A model generated the notes under the pieces. It was not told where the DNA came from. It saw nothing but the letters and a program-made list of their open reading frames with translations, and ran no database searches. Positions 26,507-41,500 of a stretch of DNA of 64,000 nt are shown here, one piece after another. Origin of the DNA: Tubiluchus corallicola (Eukaryota; Animalia; Priapulida). Both the position numbers and the translations under genes were made by a program. How positions within the stretch are numbered: position 1 is the stretch's first letter; each line of letters begins with the position of its first letter. The stretch is taken from assembly GCA_030141605.1 (NCBI GenBank), contig JAQGDQ010000220.1, forward strand, positions 163,786 through 227,785. Reading direction: 5' to 3'.

Positions 26507-29500
26507 AGAGAGAGAGATTGAGGGACAATAAATAAGCAAATTAAGGAAAAGCCATCTTCAGCAGACTTGACATGCCACACACAAATATATTGTATCACTA
26601 CAGACAACAGGGATCTACCGACATATAGAAGGTGGCAGAATACAACCCCCCTAGCCAGCAAATGTAATTGGAACTTGTCACAAACATGCATCTTCCATTG
26701 TGACAACAGCAATTTCAAAGAACTGATTTTTTTATATAGCGAATGACACATGTTACTTCTGGTCTATAATCAAATACCACAAAACTTTCTCTGTGCAGAC
26801 TCACGTGTTATGTAAATATTTTTGCTCCCCAAACGAATCTCGGATGCAGGGGTGAGATTAAATATTAAATCTCGCACCTTGCATAATCCTGTACGCAAAA
26901 TAATATTGTCTTAATAACAATGCAACCCACCCAATTCAAGAAATTATGTTGTTACTTCGGTAGAGGTTGAGGTTTATTTAGGTTGAAAACATAAGCATTT
27001 GGGTGGTATGACATAATCAAACACAGTTTGTGTTTCTTGTAAATTTTACATGGAAATTCAGCAGGGTAAAATGATTTGGAAGACCGTCTGACAATACATC
27101 ACTTGGATTTGAGCGTTTTGATAAGGGATTAAGACGTGCAAATGTTTGGGGAAAAAGTGTTAGGTGACAATAATGTGATTATCTCAAAGTGTTACATGTT
27201 AACAGTGAATAGTTTAATTTCAAGATTTCCATGTGTGGTAAAAAACAAACTTCATTTACAAAATGGTAAAAAAAGGACTTTTAACATTAACACTGCAATT
27301 AACAAACAGAATTAAAGGGAAAGAAATGAAAATTTTAAAGTATATCCCAATAAACTTTTCATACAAAGATATATTACTTAGCATTACAAATAACTACGTA
27401 ATTTATGTTTGAAAGATCTATGTAATTAGAAAAAAAATCTTAATAATTTAAAATGTTCGTGTCACCTGGTAAAACAGTACTACATTGCCATCCCAGTGTG
27501 CAACACTGACTCACCAAAAACACATTATTAATCTAATTGACAATATAAGTAATTTAAACTTTTGCTTAATTAGCAAAGAGTGTGCTACATATGCTCTGAC
27601 TATTTTTTCAAACTACACTCAATGTTACCTAAACTTGTTTCAAGTGCTCTACCGTTAAAATGGCTGCATCTAACAGTCATCATGGGAGATTAAATTTACA
27701 AGTTTTATACAGTGTTACTGCCAATGCAAACTTTGTATACAAGTGACACAAAATTTCAAGACAAATTTTTTAAAGTGTTTTCTTGTGTTTTAAGCACAAT
27801 AATTTCCATTATTTATGGCTAACTATTATTTAGCATGTTTATTTAGCAGTTAACAAACAAGTGCAGATTTAAATGGGGCAAATTTTTGGATGCAATTAAA
27901 TTTTCATTAAGGACATGCAATTTCTTTTTATCCATGTACATACAATATATACGTGCTTTATAATGCCCTTTCCGTGTTCCGGAATATACAGTGAAAACAT
28001 ACTGCATAACTAAGAAGTTTCAAAGCCCCATTTTTAAAATACATCTTATCGTAATTCATTTCAGTCTAATTATCATGGCATTTGGCAACTTTTTGCAGCC
28101 AATTTATTAAGTTAGACTTGCCGTGTCTTGTTGTCAGCAATTAAATGCGGTAATTAAGGAATGAATTTGGGCCACAAAGAAGGCCATTCTCTTCCGTAAT
28201 ATTCCTTTAAAACTTGACGATTGTGAAAGATTTCTAACCTCTATTATGGTGTTTAATCAAATGTTTATCAATTACTGAGACAAATGTCATGTGATCACAA
28301 GAATACAAAGAACATGAAGTCATGGGTTCAACTCCCAGTGGAGAAGCAAAATTTTTCAGATTTTCTAATTTAGTTATAGCTTTTATGCATTTATTGGCTT
28401 AATTAAGATAATATATCAAACAGCAAAACATAGTGTTTCAAGTTTTCAAATCTCACAGTATCACAAAATAACAATGATCACGAGGATGATATTCAACAAG
28501 ATGGTTCCATCTATGCGAATATCCTGCAATTTCTGCACTGCAGTCTCCTGAGGGTGTTCCACTGATTGATCTCATATCTGTACCGCTTACTCATTTCATC
28601 CTACCCACCCTACACCTTCCCCGGAGAACAGCCTCCAAGATTCGAGCACGTATGACCATAGATTACGCAGAGATGTCTTGGGACATTAGTCGCTAATGCA
28701 CATCAAGGCTCCTGTTTCACTGTGCAGTTTTAAGAGCGCACGTACTTCTGATACATCAACATCAATATAGTGACAGTTGCCTGCACTAGAGGGCATTCTT
28801 AGCACAGAGGGTGCCACTTATTCATAAAAGGTGCCTCTCATGGGCATTGTTTTTCAACAGACACATGGCAGAAGGACAGGAGAGCTTGTAATATTTTTTT
28901 ACTAATATTTGTAGTAAACGTAATGTAATGTAAATGGTTTTTGTAGCAATTAATGAAGTATTTACTAAGACATTCTATGTTGTCTAATAACTGTTCAGTT
29001 ACAAAAACAAGAGATAGACACATGACGATTGAACTTAGGATAATTAGTAGCATAAATGTTTATTATAATTTCTGTGATGACTAGGAGTGAGCATAAAACG
29101 TTTGCATTCGATTCAAAGGAGTTTTTTAATTCGAATTCAATTCGAACTTAAAATTATGGATTCGAATAATTCACTACTTCCAGCAAGTAGAAATGTTCTG
29201 TCATTAAAACATTTGAAACATTATGCAATCAGCACAGCTTAGCTGCGACTTTTGCGTGCAATTTTTAAACAAATATTGCTGCAGAATAAAATCAAGTAAT
29301 ACGCATATTCTTTGCAAGGCTGCTTTTTATTAGTGATTTGAAAATTTGCTCGAGAACCAAATTTGCATTGAAAGTGAAGTCGAATTTGATTCAGAATCTT
29401 AAAATTCAATTTGACTGAAGTTCAAAAGTCAAAAATTTGATTCTTTTGAATTTGTATTCTGAAAAAATGCTCATCCTCAGAGCTGACATGCATTTAAAAG

Positions 29501-32500
29501 GTGGGAAGAATGCAAAATACATTCATATACACAAGAAAACAAATTCCTCTGAATTAGTGAAAGAACTACTACAAAATGCGCAATAGATTAACAGTTCAAG
29601 TTTTACTTAACTGAAATGAACAAATAAAAGAAAATTCGCCTAATTATGATTTCCGATATAAATGATTTAAAACAGATGAATGGAATCATTAGGAACAAGG
29701 CAGGGGTAAAAAAATAACACTTTTTGTTTTAAATACTTATTCTAACTAAAACAACTCATATTTCATAAAAGACATCAATTTAACAATGTGTACAAGAAAA
29801 AAAGAAGGATATTCAGAAAAGAACACTGATGCAGAGAATTCAAGTCTGCTTTTACGAAGTCTCCACCACCAATCGTTCTAAAGCATCAGCTGCTAATATA
29901 ATACTTGCGCTATTCCACTTTTGACGTGGCGTATAGGAACTAATATTATTCCATAAAAATGAAAAGTAACCCCTTTCCCAGTGCAGATATTTGCTTAGTG
30001 ACAGATAATTACTGTAAGGAAATATTTTGCCCTGGCATCCCGTGAAAATGCTGCATTTAAACTGCAATCTGTAACTCATGTTTATAATCGCACCACAGGG
30101 ACAACTCTCCCCCCCCTGCTCATCAAACAGCTATTGATCAATTCCCGAGTCTTTACAACCAGAGGCAAAAGCAAGAGGGAAAAATCCCGGGCATGATATT
30201 TCAACAAATGCTGAGGACATTCGCCGTGAGCTTCTTGCTTATGACATTATGTACGTCTGAATGCCCCGTGATGGGCACATGATTTACTCCATAGTGGAAG
30301 CTGATACGTGAGCAGTGCAAATTAGAGCAATTTATATTCCAAACAGGTATAATATTAGATATGCCGGCTCGTGTTGACAGAGCAGATGTTATAATGGAAT
30401 TATATCGGCTCAAGTGGCAACGTCTCTGAAAGTGTTTCGCTGTCCCCCCGCATCTTCGTTTGCATTTTAAAAACGTTATGCTTGAGTTATTGTTTGAGGC
30501 AATGCGCACATCAGCATTTCGCGTAGCAAAAGCGCAAAGCCAATAAACATACTTTGCATAATCCACTCAGCTGAATGGGTCGGATTATGGCTCTTTTTAA
30601 GTTTCAAAAATCCCCTAAAAGCCCAATTCTCGCGCTAAACATACACAAGCGACGTGTTTTCATAATAACCGGAAGGTGAGCTTATCCAACGAGGCGTTAA
30701 TCCCACAAAAAGCGGTCACAGTTAAAGAATTTCTATTCTGCCGCATGACTTTGGCTAGAAATCCAATTGGAGCGCTAAATTGTTGTAATCTGTAAAATCA
30801 ACTACGGGAAAATACAGGCAGCAACAACAACCGCTAGAGGGCGTACCAGTTTGATAATAAGACCCAAAGACCAGGTGAAACTGTTTCCTTTCGAGCCTAA
30901 ACAGGCGAAGGGAATAATAGCAGGGAGCACTATTAATCAATCAACCTGTACAAAAGGGGCAGTATTAATGAATCACCCTGTATAAAGGAAGCATTAAAGC
31001 TGTTAGGTTTTGTCATGGGAAAGCTCGCATAATTTTACTGGTCTATTAAGTAAAAATATAACAATGCTTGCTATCCAAACACACAACTTTTCTCACGGCT
31101 GTCAGCATTTTTACCAGACAGGAATAAATAGCCCAGTCATTTCGCTGCTTGGGGTAAGTAATCGTCCAACCAGATGTCAGCGTCACGTCCGGTGATAATA
31201 AATCGTCCAATTAGATATAGACATGTATGCAAGTATTAAATTATCTTATAAACAGGCAGCATTTTTGGCTAACATAACGAAACTGTCTGGTCAGATATCC
31301 ACATTAGTGTTTTGTATTATAAAGTGACCTAGAAATTCTGATGCTGAATTCCTTCACAGTGAAGGTATTTACGCTCATCTTACCTGTAAGAGAAGCAGAT
31401 TTTTCGTTTAACATCAACACTTGCGTTAAAATCTCTAAATGCAGAAAGAACTGCAAATTGTTGATCTCTTTGCGAAATCGCGCAAAGAAAATTATTATTA
31501 TTACACACAAAAGCTCATCCAATCAGATTTGCTCACACAATAGCTCATCCAATCAGCTTTTGTCACATACCTGCTGTGTTTCCACATTGAATGAATGAAA
31601 GTTATAGTCGTAGGTTAGCTCCTCATCAGGTTTAATATCCCGTAGAGCGAATAGGCACATCCGGTACATCCCATTCACAGACCTGCAAGAAATGTCACTA
31701 TACATTTGCAGTTTGAAGATCTGCAAGCCAATATTCAGTACTCAAAGACAAGACCTGGTTAAATAAGCTGTTATGGAAGGACCAGAACTTGGCTTATTGC
31801 TTACGATAAACCTCTAAGTTGTCCAAGGAAAGATACTAAACCGACATAAGTGTCTTACCCATGCTCGGCCTTGGTAGTCACCCAAACACTTTCTATACAG
31901 ACGTGGTGCTGCTTAATTTCACAGCTACTAAAACACAGACCTTGACTACTCAGAAAACTTCTTTCTGTTTGGTTATGACAACACGCCTTGATATATTTTC
32001 AAATTTTAAACCATAAAGTATTATTAAAGGGGGAGAAAAGGGAATTTTACAGTATAACCTAAGGAACTTTCAATACAGCTTAGCGTTACACTAACCTGTT
32101 TGAAAGACTTACATAACTGGAAAAGAAAATTCTTAATAATTTAAAATATTTGTGCCACCTAGTAAAACAGCACTGCATTACTATCACAGTGTGCACCACT
32201 GATTCACCAAAAACACATCATTGATCGTACTGACAATAAAAAGCAATTTAAACTTTTACTGAGTTAGCAAGTGTGTGCTACAAATACTCGATTATTTTTC
32301 CATACTTTGATTATTTTTTAATACTTTACTCAAAACATTATCTAAACTTGTTTCTAACGACTTACCATTAAAATGGATGTGCCCCAGGAATTTAAATTTG
32401 CAAGTTTTATACAGTGTTACTGCTAATGCAGCTCCCTCATGCAATAAGACAGCATGTAAGTGAAACAAAATTTCACAAGACAGTTCTGTATTTCAAACTG

Positions 32501-35500
32501 GTGGAGGATCAGTGCTGTGCTTAGCAGATCATTTAAACATCACAATATTGATCCACGCAGTAAAATACGTTACCAGCCATTTAAGTCACTTTGTGTGATT
32601 GTTTCAAGCTTGGACACTAATTAAATCCTTCTCAATTATCAATTAATTATTAAGTAAAGAAAAAATGTTAAATAATTAAATACAATTAAAACCATTTGAG
32701 ACAAAAGTACAGTAATGCCTTATGTAAAGTGGCAGACGTATAACTGAAGCTGAACTTGATTAAAATTATGATTATTATTTTTATTATTATTATTAAATAC
32801 TTCAAACAAACTGCAGTCACTGGTAAACTGTCAGTCATTCAACCAGGCAGCCAATCAGAGTCCGTGTTCTAAATGACCTGGTCAGATTTCTGAAATCTAT
32901 ATAGGGATAGCATCAGCAAATATATTAGCACTGAAGTTATTGGTGCCTAGCGTATACATTACGGTGAAAAGGAAGGAAAAGAATATTCCTGGATAAACCG
33001 CTAAACAAACACCAACGTGCAAGGAAGAGATAATGCCTGATATTAAAGTCACCACAAAAGAACTAATGCCTGGTTGTGTTGCACAGTCAACCACAGGCGG
33101 AACTTATTTAAATAAACTCAAGCTGGATTATCCCATAGCAATCGACATGATAATGAGACATATTTGGTGAAATTATGAGAAGAGGGCTGAAATTCAATCA
33201 AAAAAATGAATGAATGAATGAGTGAGTGAAAAAATGAATAAATAAATAAGCAAATAAATAAATAAAAAAATCAACAAACAAACAAAAATAATAAATTGTT
33301 AACAAACAAACAAACAATCATAGAATCAAAACAGAAATGAAAGACAGCAACATTTGTACACATAATGCAAAAAGTGCACAATAGACACAAGAACAGACAG
33401 TCGTTGATGTCACAGTGCACTAGATGGATAGTAAAGGTACATTCATTTCTCAAAAGCTCATAGGATAACACATGTCAAAGAAGGTTAAGCAGCAGATACT
33501 GGAAGTCAATTTAAAATTACAGTGTAATATGTGCCCAGGTACAAAATTTTGCAACTGAGATGCTTGCCTCGCAAATAAAAGCATTTAATAAGCTAAAATA
33601 AAGCGCTTACACTTAGCATTTCTATAATTTATCACTCAGTATGCTAAAGACGTGAAACTTGTCTGTAAATTTGCCAAAGAGGTTGACATCATAGCAAATG
33701 TCTACATCTGTTGATACCCACCCTAGCACTAATAACACAAATACAGTGCTATAAATAAATAAATAAAACCATTAAAACATTCTGCAGTTATAAATGTGTC
33801 TACTTCACTGTATTCCAACCATAAAATAACTTTTGTGAACGCTTGAAAAATGCGGGTTTAGAATTATCATTCTGCGTGTGTCCCAGAGCACAGCAGTCCG
33901 GCAATCGAGCACCTATAAACGGCGTATCGGGTATGCTAAAGCAAAACAAAGTAATATTCAGGCCGTGAGATATAAAAACTATGACGTATAATGATGCAGT
34001 CGATCATCATAACATGGATTTAAGAAAAACCTTTTTGATCGAATATCGCTTGGGGCAATATAAAAATCTGGCACTGATAGATTTGTCATCAGTCTTTGGC
34101 ATGCCTCAGGGCTGCTTTTGAGGCCCAATTTATATAAGCCTCGCAACACATGTTTGTGAATTACAAAACTAATCAACAAGCTAACCTTTGAACTGCCCGC
34201 TTCCTGATTCTGTAATTGTCAGCAAAGCAGTCACTACTGTGCTCTAAAACTGTAACTTGTTTTTAATTTTAACTAATTCTAAATCACACCGTTAATCATG
34301 ATTTACACGATGAATCGACTTGAAATTGACTAAATGGTCTGATAAGTAAATTTGTCTGAACCTACTGTACTGAAACGATGATATTATGTTGAATGCTTCT
34401 TGCTAGGGAGGCACTACATTAATCTGCCCAAATTTTGAAAAGTTTTTTAATTTCTGATAAAAGGAAAGAAAAGGGAATTTTAAAGTACAGCCCAAGAACT
34501 TTCCATACAAAGTTATATTACTTCACATTACGCCTACCTGTATGAAAAACTTATGTAATTAGAAAAGGAAATTTATATTTTAAAATATTTGTGTCACCTG
34601 GTAAAACAGTAGTACATCGCCATCCTAGTGTGCACAACTGATTCACCAAAAAAAACACACACATTATTGATCTTACTGATAAGATAAAGTAATTTAACTT
34701 TAGTGAAGCGTGTGCTACGAATGCTCTGATTATTTTTCAAACTTTAAGCAATGTTGTTTAAAATTGTTTCAAGCGACTTACTGTTAAAACGAATATGTCT
34801 AATGGTTACTGTGTGAGTTTAAATTTACTAGTTTTGTACAATGTTACTGCTAATGCAAACTGCATGCAATAAGACAGTATGTAAGTGATACAGAATTTCA
34901 AAACGATTTTTTAAGCTTTATTTATGAGTGTTTTCTTGCGCTTTAAGTCTTTGCTACTCTTTGTGTAATTAAGTATTAAGCCGTGTAATAAGTAACCCAA
35001 TCATTAATTGGTAGTAATCAATCAATCAAAAGTGCAAATCAAACGTGTGAACAACTGTTTGCATACATTTTAAGCGTCTTACTTTCCTAATGGCCACTTT
35101 TTACGTAGCCAGCAGACAAACAAACCAAGGGCCCTCTGGCTTCCTTCAAGGAAAGAAAAAAGAAAAAGAAATTTTGAGTAGACTTTGAACTGATTGAGTT
35201 CATTAAACCACTTTCTTCAGACAATAAAGGGAACAGAATAAAAAACTATTGTCACTCACCATTTCTGCATCTCGCAATTCGGTTCACACGAATGGTTGAC
35301 AAAACGTCCCTCTGCACCGTAACGGTAGCCGTCGATATACAGGCCACTGTCCAAGTTGAGGCAGTAGTGATGCGGGGAGTTATGATAGAGTTCCGTCATT
35401 CTTCTCCGAAATTCTCGTTCACTCACGACCTCTCCGAGGTACTCCAGGATAAAATCACCTGCAAATAAAGAACAATTAGCCAAGCATGTGATTAGGTAAC

Positions 35501-38500
35501 CTTGAGAATGCTAAAGGATTAAGCTGGTAAGAAAGAGCACTCGCCCGCGCATAAAAATATCAATGTAATGCAGATTTATTGCTCTTAAAGCTAATCTTTC
35601 GGTAGTTATAGGGGATTTAGAAAGTAAGAAGGACGAGAAATGTTATCAAAGAAAACTTAGAGCTGCTCTGTCTTAAGTAATCAACAATTTAACAATGGAA
35701 ATGCAAAGACGTCTCATTCACAGTGCATGACAGACTAGCTCACACTGTACTTCTGCAAATAAATGTATGCACATTTTTGCAATGTCATAAAAAGCACTCC
35801 CATATTCATTCTTATGCACATGATTTCACTAACCCCATCTCTCTACTAATTCCTATCTCATGCACTCCATCATTCCATCGTTTTTTTACATTCCCTTTTT
35901 TGTATCACAAAACCTACACTGTTAACTGCATCACAGTCGAATAAGCAATGCTTCTTGACTATAATGCAAGCAACAATTCATGTACATATTATGCCATATT
36001 TATTTTATTCTAATGTTACGATAATTATAAAATTCTATGTATATAATATCATATCAAGTTTCGTTATGTATTGTATTGTTGTTTGGTGTTGACGTAAAGA
36101 AATAAAAAAATCTGAAATATAAATACGTTAACAACGTTAAAGCACATTAACAAGAATAGGAAATCGAGTTTATTACAAATTATAAATACATTTATTTAAT
36201 TATTAAACACTTTTTTGTAGTGGGTCCATATTTGAAAAATGCAACTAATTTCAAAGCCATTTGAGAAGTGTGACATCACAGTTACGTTAGCTTACAGTAA
36301 AGCAGTGTACTGTGTCACTTTCGGCAATATTTATTGTGTCCCTAATCAAATAATAAATCAGCCAGGGCATCCGGTGTGCAACCATTTCATTTGATTGCAA
36401 AGCTATACATTAGTCAGCTTTAATTTCCATTGGTTGTGGCAGCTGTTATGCTGTTTTCTCCGTGGGACCGTAATGATCACTTTAACAATAACAATTGGAA
36501 ACTGAAGCTGAGGTCTTCTTTATTAGCTATTGGATGCATTTTTGTCAGTGTAGCATTGCTTATCACAACGATTATCCTTTGCCTTTCCATTACCATCCCT
36601 CCTTTCCTTAGCTTTTTCATATCTGACCCTTTCGTTTTTTGTTTTTTCCTTTTCTTTTTTTCCGAGGTGGCCATGGCAAAATGCAGTGGTATCGCAATGC
36701 CAAGGTCTCCTCGGTTTAATTTGTTATTAATTCTTGTTATTATTTATCTCCTGTTTTTATATGGAATAAATTCTAAAATAAAGGTTTAAATTCAAATTCA
36801 AATTGAAAAATTATTAGTTAGTTTAACATGTGTCTATTTTTCTAATAGTTTTCAAGAATATTTATGTTCAATTGTAATTAATAAACTTGTAACTCGAAAT
36901 TTGATGTAAAACACTGTCACTTATCCTACCAAGATGCAAGATTGCAAAATTTAACTTCAAAAATGGAAGTAAAAAGGAAACAAGGAATGATGCTCTGGAC
37001 ATTTGGCATTCACGGGGGTGAAGAGTAACTTCTCTAATTTATAAATCATTTCGATATAAAATGTTTTTAACACAAACATACGTATGAGCTTATTAAAGTT
37101 GTTTTCCCCATGCTATCGGGAATGGACCTAATACACATTGGCCAATTTTTTTTACCTGGAAATTTTACAGAAAAAATCTTTTGATAGAAGAAACATCATC
37201 AACAAATTTAAATCATGCCACAGAAAAGCAAAATTAGCCATTTGCTAAACATTAGTTCTCGGAGAATTTTTTTTTATTTCATTTGGTACTTTAGTACCTC
37301 AATGCTTATATCTAAGGTGGTCCATATTATCATTACGTGCATGTTACTTCGACAAACCCGCTTGCTTGGTTGAAGAACTAGCGGTACCATTTTAAAATCT
37401 TTGGTATGGCTCAGTCAGAGTTAAACTTGTGACTTCCCTGGTGAAAAGTGAGCACGCTACTATTGAGTTACAGTTAGTGAGTGCATGGCCTAACATGAAT
37501 ACAAAACACATGACAACATGTATATGAGAACATGGCCAAACATGAATATGAAACATATGAGAACATGGTCTCACTAGAGTACAAAACATATAAAAACATG
37601 GCCTAACATGAATACAAAACATATGAAACCATGGTCCTACTGAATACAAAACATATAAGAATATGGCCTAATTGAATATAAAATATAGGTGAACGTGGCC
37701 TAATTGAATACAAAACATAGGAGACTGTATTAGCAATTAACCTTCTTTAATAGGTACATGAGTCCTAATTCCAAAACCCCTATCATTGGTAACAAACTTT
37801 TCCAGGTTTGGAGTCCAGTCGTGCTTTTGTATGCGCTGATTTGAACACTGGTCTCCGCAAGGGCACAGAGCGGGCGTGCATTCGGTGTACATGATCCTGT
37901 AAAGTGATTACAAACACGATTAAACATTTATTAGTTTGAACGAGGGAAGAAAACACCTTTGTAAAGTTGCTTGCTGGGCAGACTGTGTGCTTAAAATGTA
38001 TAGTACAAACAAGCAGCAGTAATTTTCCCAGGAAAACAGCAAATGCCATCGAGTCTGAGGACAAAAAAACGCAACAACGGCTAATAAATTTTCACGCTGC
38101 ATGGGAACAAAGGCAGATAAACAAGAAAATCTAATTCCAACACACTTGCCCACGAGAAAGAAAGCCCAAACGAACGGTAATCAGAAAATTACATTGCAAA
38201 ATGCCGGCAGGCACAGCATTAGAGCTGAACGTTTGCATGTATAACAAAAGTCTGAACTTTCTTTTTTTTAATATAAAGATACGTTACACGATAATGCAGT
38301 GTACATGTACCTCAACGCTTCAAATCTTATTAGCGAGTAACGAGTATAGTACACATACTCCAAACAATATCAGTCTGTAATTCTAAAAGCTAGTTTGTAA
38401 TTTTCACAAGCTTTCAGTACAAGTTTGCTACTTTAGTGTATTCTAAAATAAATGAAATGCAGATTTTTTTTGCAATGGTGGTATATGGCATGTGAACAAT

Positions 38501-41500
38501 AGCAAATCTCTCAACAATCTGTAGTGAAAATAACTACATCAATGTAATGAAATTATAAATTTTTTGTATGCATTTAGGTTGCCACATGTGAAAGAATGTC
38601 ATTTGCTGCCAAAGAAAAAATTTCGATGGTGAATGATGGAAAGCTGCTCGATGTTTCTTACCTGTTAAGACAATCCTCTCCACAAGCTTTCTCTTTACTA
38701 CCTGGTGGAGGTATTTTGCACGTACAAGTTTGAGGCTCATACTGGGATGTCGGTTTCACATCAACATACACATCTGAAAATAATAAAACCAAATTGGACA
38801 TCGTGTTAGGAAATAGATCAAAATGTGGGCCATTTGATCTTGCCTAAAAATTATCAAGTGTAAGTAACAAGAATGTCAAAAATATTAGCACATCTAATAA
38901 GCTACTAATTATGGCTTTTATTGTCACAAAATTAAAGACATTTAAATTTCAATTTGTTTAGCCAATCATGCGGTCTCATAAAACAAGCGTACTAGAATTT
39001 TATTTTATTGTTAATGAAATTACACTAATTTAAGTTTTAATTAGTCATTAAGCGATAAATAATTACTACAAAACACAGTGTTATTAGAGACAGTGATTGC
39101 CGACACCATACTGAAATTTTTTACTGACATTTAAACACTTTTTGTGGACTACTTGTAAGTATAAAAAATTCAATAAAAGTGACATGGGCTAGCTTTTGTA
39201 AGCCAACACAACACCAAGTGAGTATCAGCTGTGTAATAAGCAAAATTTCTATGAAAAGGAGATATAAAATGATTTACCGGTTATTGAATTTGACAAGCTT
39301 TGAAAAGTAAAGTGTCACAAATATTTCTTCTATGTCAAGGTTTGGTCACAGAGTCTTTCTCAGGATTAAACAATAAACAATGACATTGGAATGTAATAAA
39401 GACATTACTAAGATAGGTATGCGATGATCGGCGAGTGAAAAAGCCGTTTCGTCCATCGTGAAACAGTGTCGACATGACCATTAAATCACACATACCTGAA
39501 GGATGCGTTTTATTGTCGTCACAAGTCAATAAATATACGACAATTACTTTATCCAGCCTCGAATTAACCGGTTTAGTTCAGGCGTTCGTCAGAAATGACG
39601 GAGATTTTTACGCAGCGTAACTGGTTTATGGAGGCACTTTTAGCCATCTTGCCAAGGTTTAAGTGCAAAGAAAAGAGAATTGGGCAAAATACTTACTGGA
39701 GCGGATCTTTTTGTACTTGGAGTTCGAACCAGTGTTCCGAGATGGAAGCTGAAAAAAGGCAAACAAGTTAGTATTCCATCTAACACACGAGGAAAAGAAA
39801 GATGAAAATTCTCAATAACAGGATCTAGTGACTATTACAACAAAACTCACAAGCAGGAGTCAGGCAGTCACAGAATTAATAATTTTAATTTAAAGCAAAT
39901 AATAATGATTTTTCATATCCTATATCATTTCGAAGTATGGTAAAAAGTACACACTTTAACACGTCTAGTAAACCAAAGCATTTACGATAATTATATAGCG
40001 GGTTAAAAACTTAATTAATGGCCGGCGAGCCCTACTAGTGATTACATCACAACTGAACATAATTTTCAACAGCACAAACATTCAGTGAACGTGTCCAATA
40101 TGTGTGCACAAAAGCGAAAATTGAACTACAGTGCTACTGCCAATGTACATCTTCAAATGTCAAGTTTACAGCCCTGCTCATTCACATGCCCTTGAACCTG
40201 AGCACTATGTCACAAATGAACACCTCTGAACTGTGACAGGTACAAGGCCTGTTTTTTGTGTAACGCGTTTCCGAGATGCAGACACTAATACCCATGTAAC
40301 TAGCAAATGGCAAAATGCACCTAACAGCAAAGATCTAGTGCTAATGCAAAATTACGTTTCTGTTTTAATAACTCTTTTGCATAAGTCATTCTTGAAAAAA
40401 TAGTATGTTCCTTTTCAATATTTTACATGCCAGATTGTTTTGAGCTATAGCTTAAGATTCTGTCTGGTATTTCCTTAAGAAAACGAAATAAAGAAGACGG
40501 GCACTAAAGTCTGCATTTTGGTAACGCACTACATAGAAAACAGGTGCTACACTTCTCAGTTCAGGCCTGTTCATTTATGATGCAATACACACGTTTGAGA
40601 GCTCATGTGTGAGCACAGCGGTAAATTAAAAATTCCAATTATTATCTTAAAATTTGCCGAGTTTTAGTACAACACATTGAATCTCTTACAGTAGCACTGT
40701 ACTTCAATTTTCGCTTTCGCAAACATGTTCAACACGCTCATGGAATGTTTGTGCTGCAGAAAATTTTGTTCGTTTATGACGTTACCACTAGCTGTATTCA
40801 CCTGCCGTTAAGTAAGTTTTTAACCTATTATTTAATTATCAGAAATGCTTTGGTATATGTGTTAAAATGGATAAATTTTTTCCGTACTTCAGAATAGGGT
40901 AGGATATGAAAAATCGTCCAGTTTTGCTTTAAACACATTTTTCCACCAGGTTAACCCATATAAATACATTTAAAGTTTTGTGATGAAACATATGCTTCAA
41001 CTTTGGGATATGGTACAGACAGCCGCGCCTAAACTGCTACATTCGGGACCAAAAACCACACACTTAGTGAAAACTATCGCAGCATAATATCCACGTCTAA
41101 CATTATTTGCCCAGCACAGAGAAAACGTCCAATTATTAGGACAGCCAATAACTTTATTAGCCAGTATACAATAGCCATATTACACCAACTGTGGTGCTAA
41201 TTAAGCAGATTATTGACTTTGACAAGGCAGAACAAGCCAAACCATGGGCCAATTAAGAATGCATACACAAGGCCAATTTCATTCATTAAAACCTAAGCCC
41301 ATATAGTAGTAATAATAATAGGCTGGTTTGCATAGTCAGGCTATGAATTGTTTGAATTGTTAGGAAACAGAATTTTAAAACATTTAAATAATATAATTTG
41401 GTTAAATTTTTGAAAAAAGGACATCTTATAGGGTGTACTGGGGTAATGTCGGTCACATTTAAATTTTTCCAATGATTTACTTTGTATTTGGATTAATATT

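Noticed and set aside
26275-26751. 158-aa ORF and RE/SL-repeat ORFs (also 47727-47991)
   Set aside because: Open frames caused by (GA)n repeats
28500-28765. Possible histone H4 or transposase relic on -
   Set aside because: The translation ([16 protein letters not shown]...) has stops and no sustained similarity I can recognise
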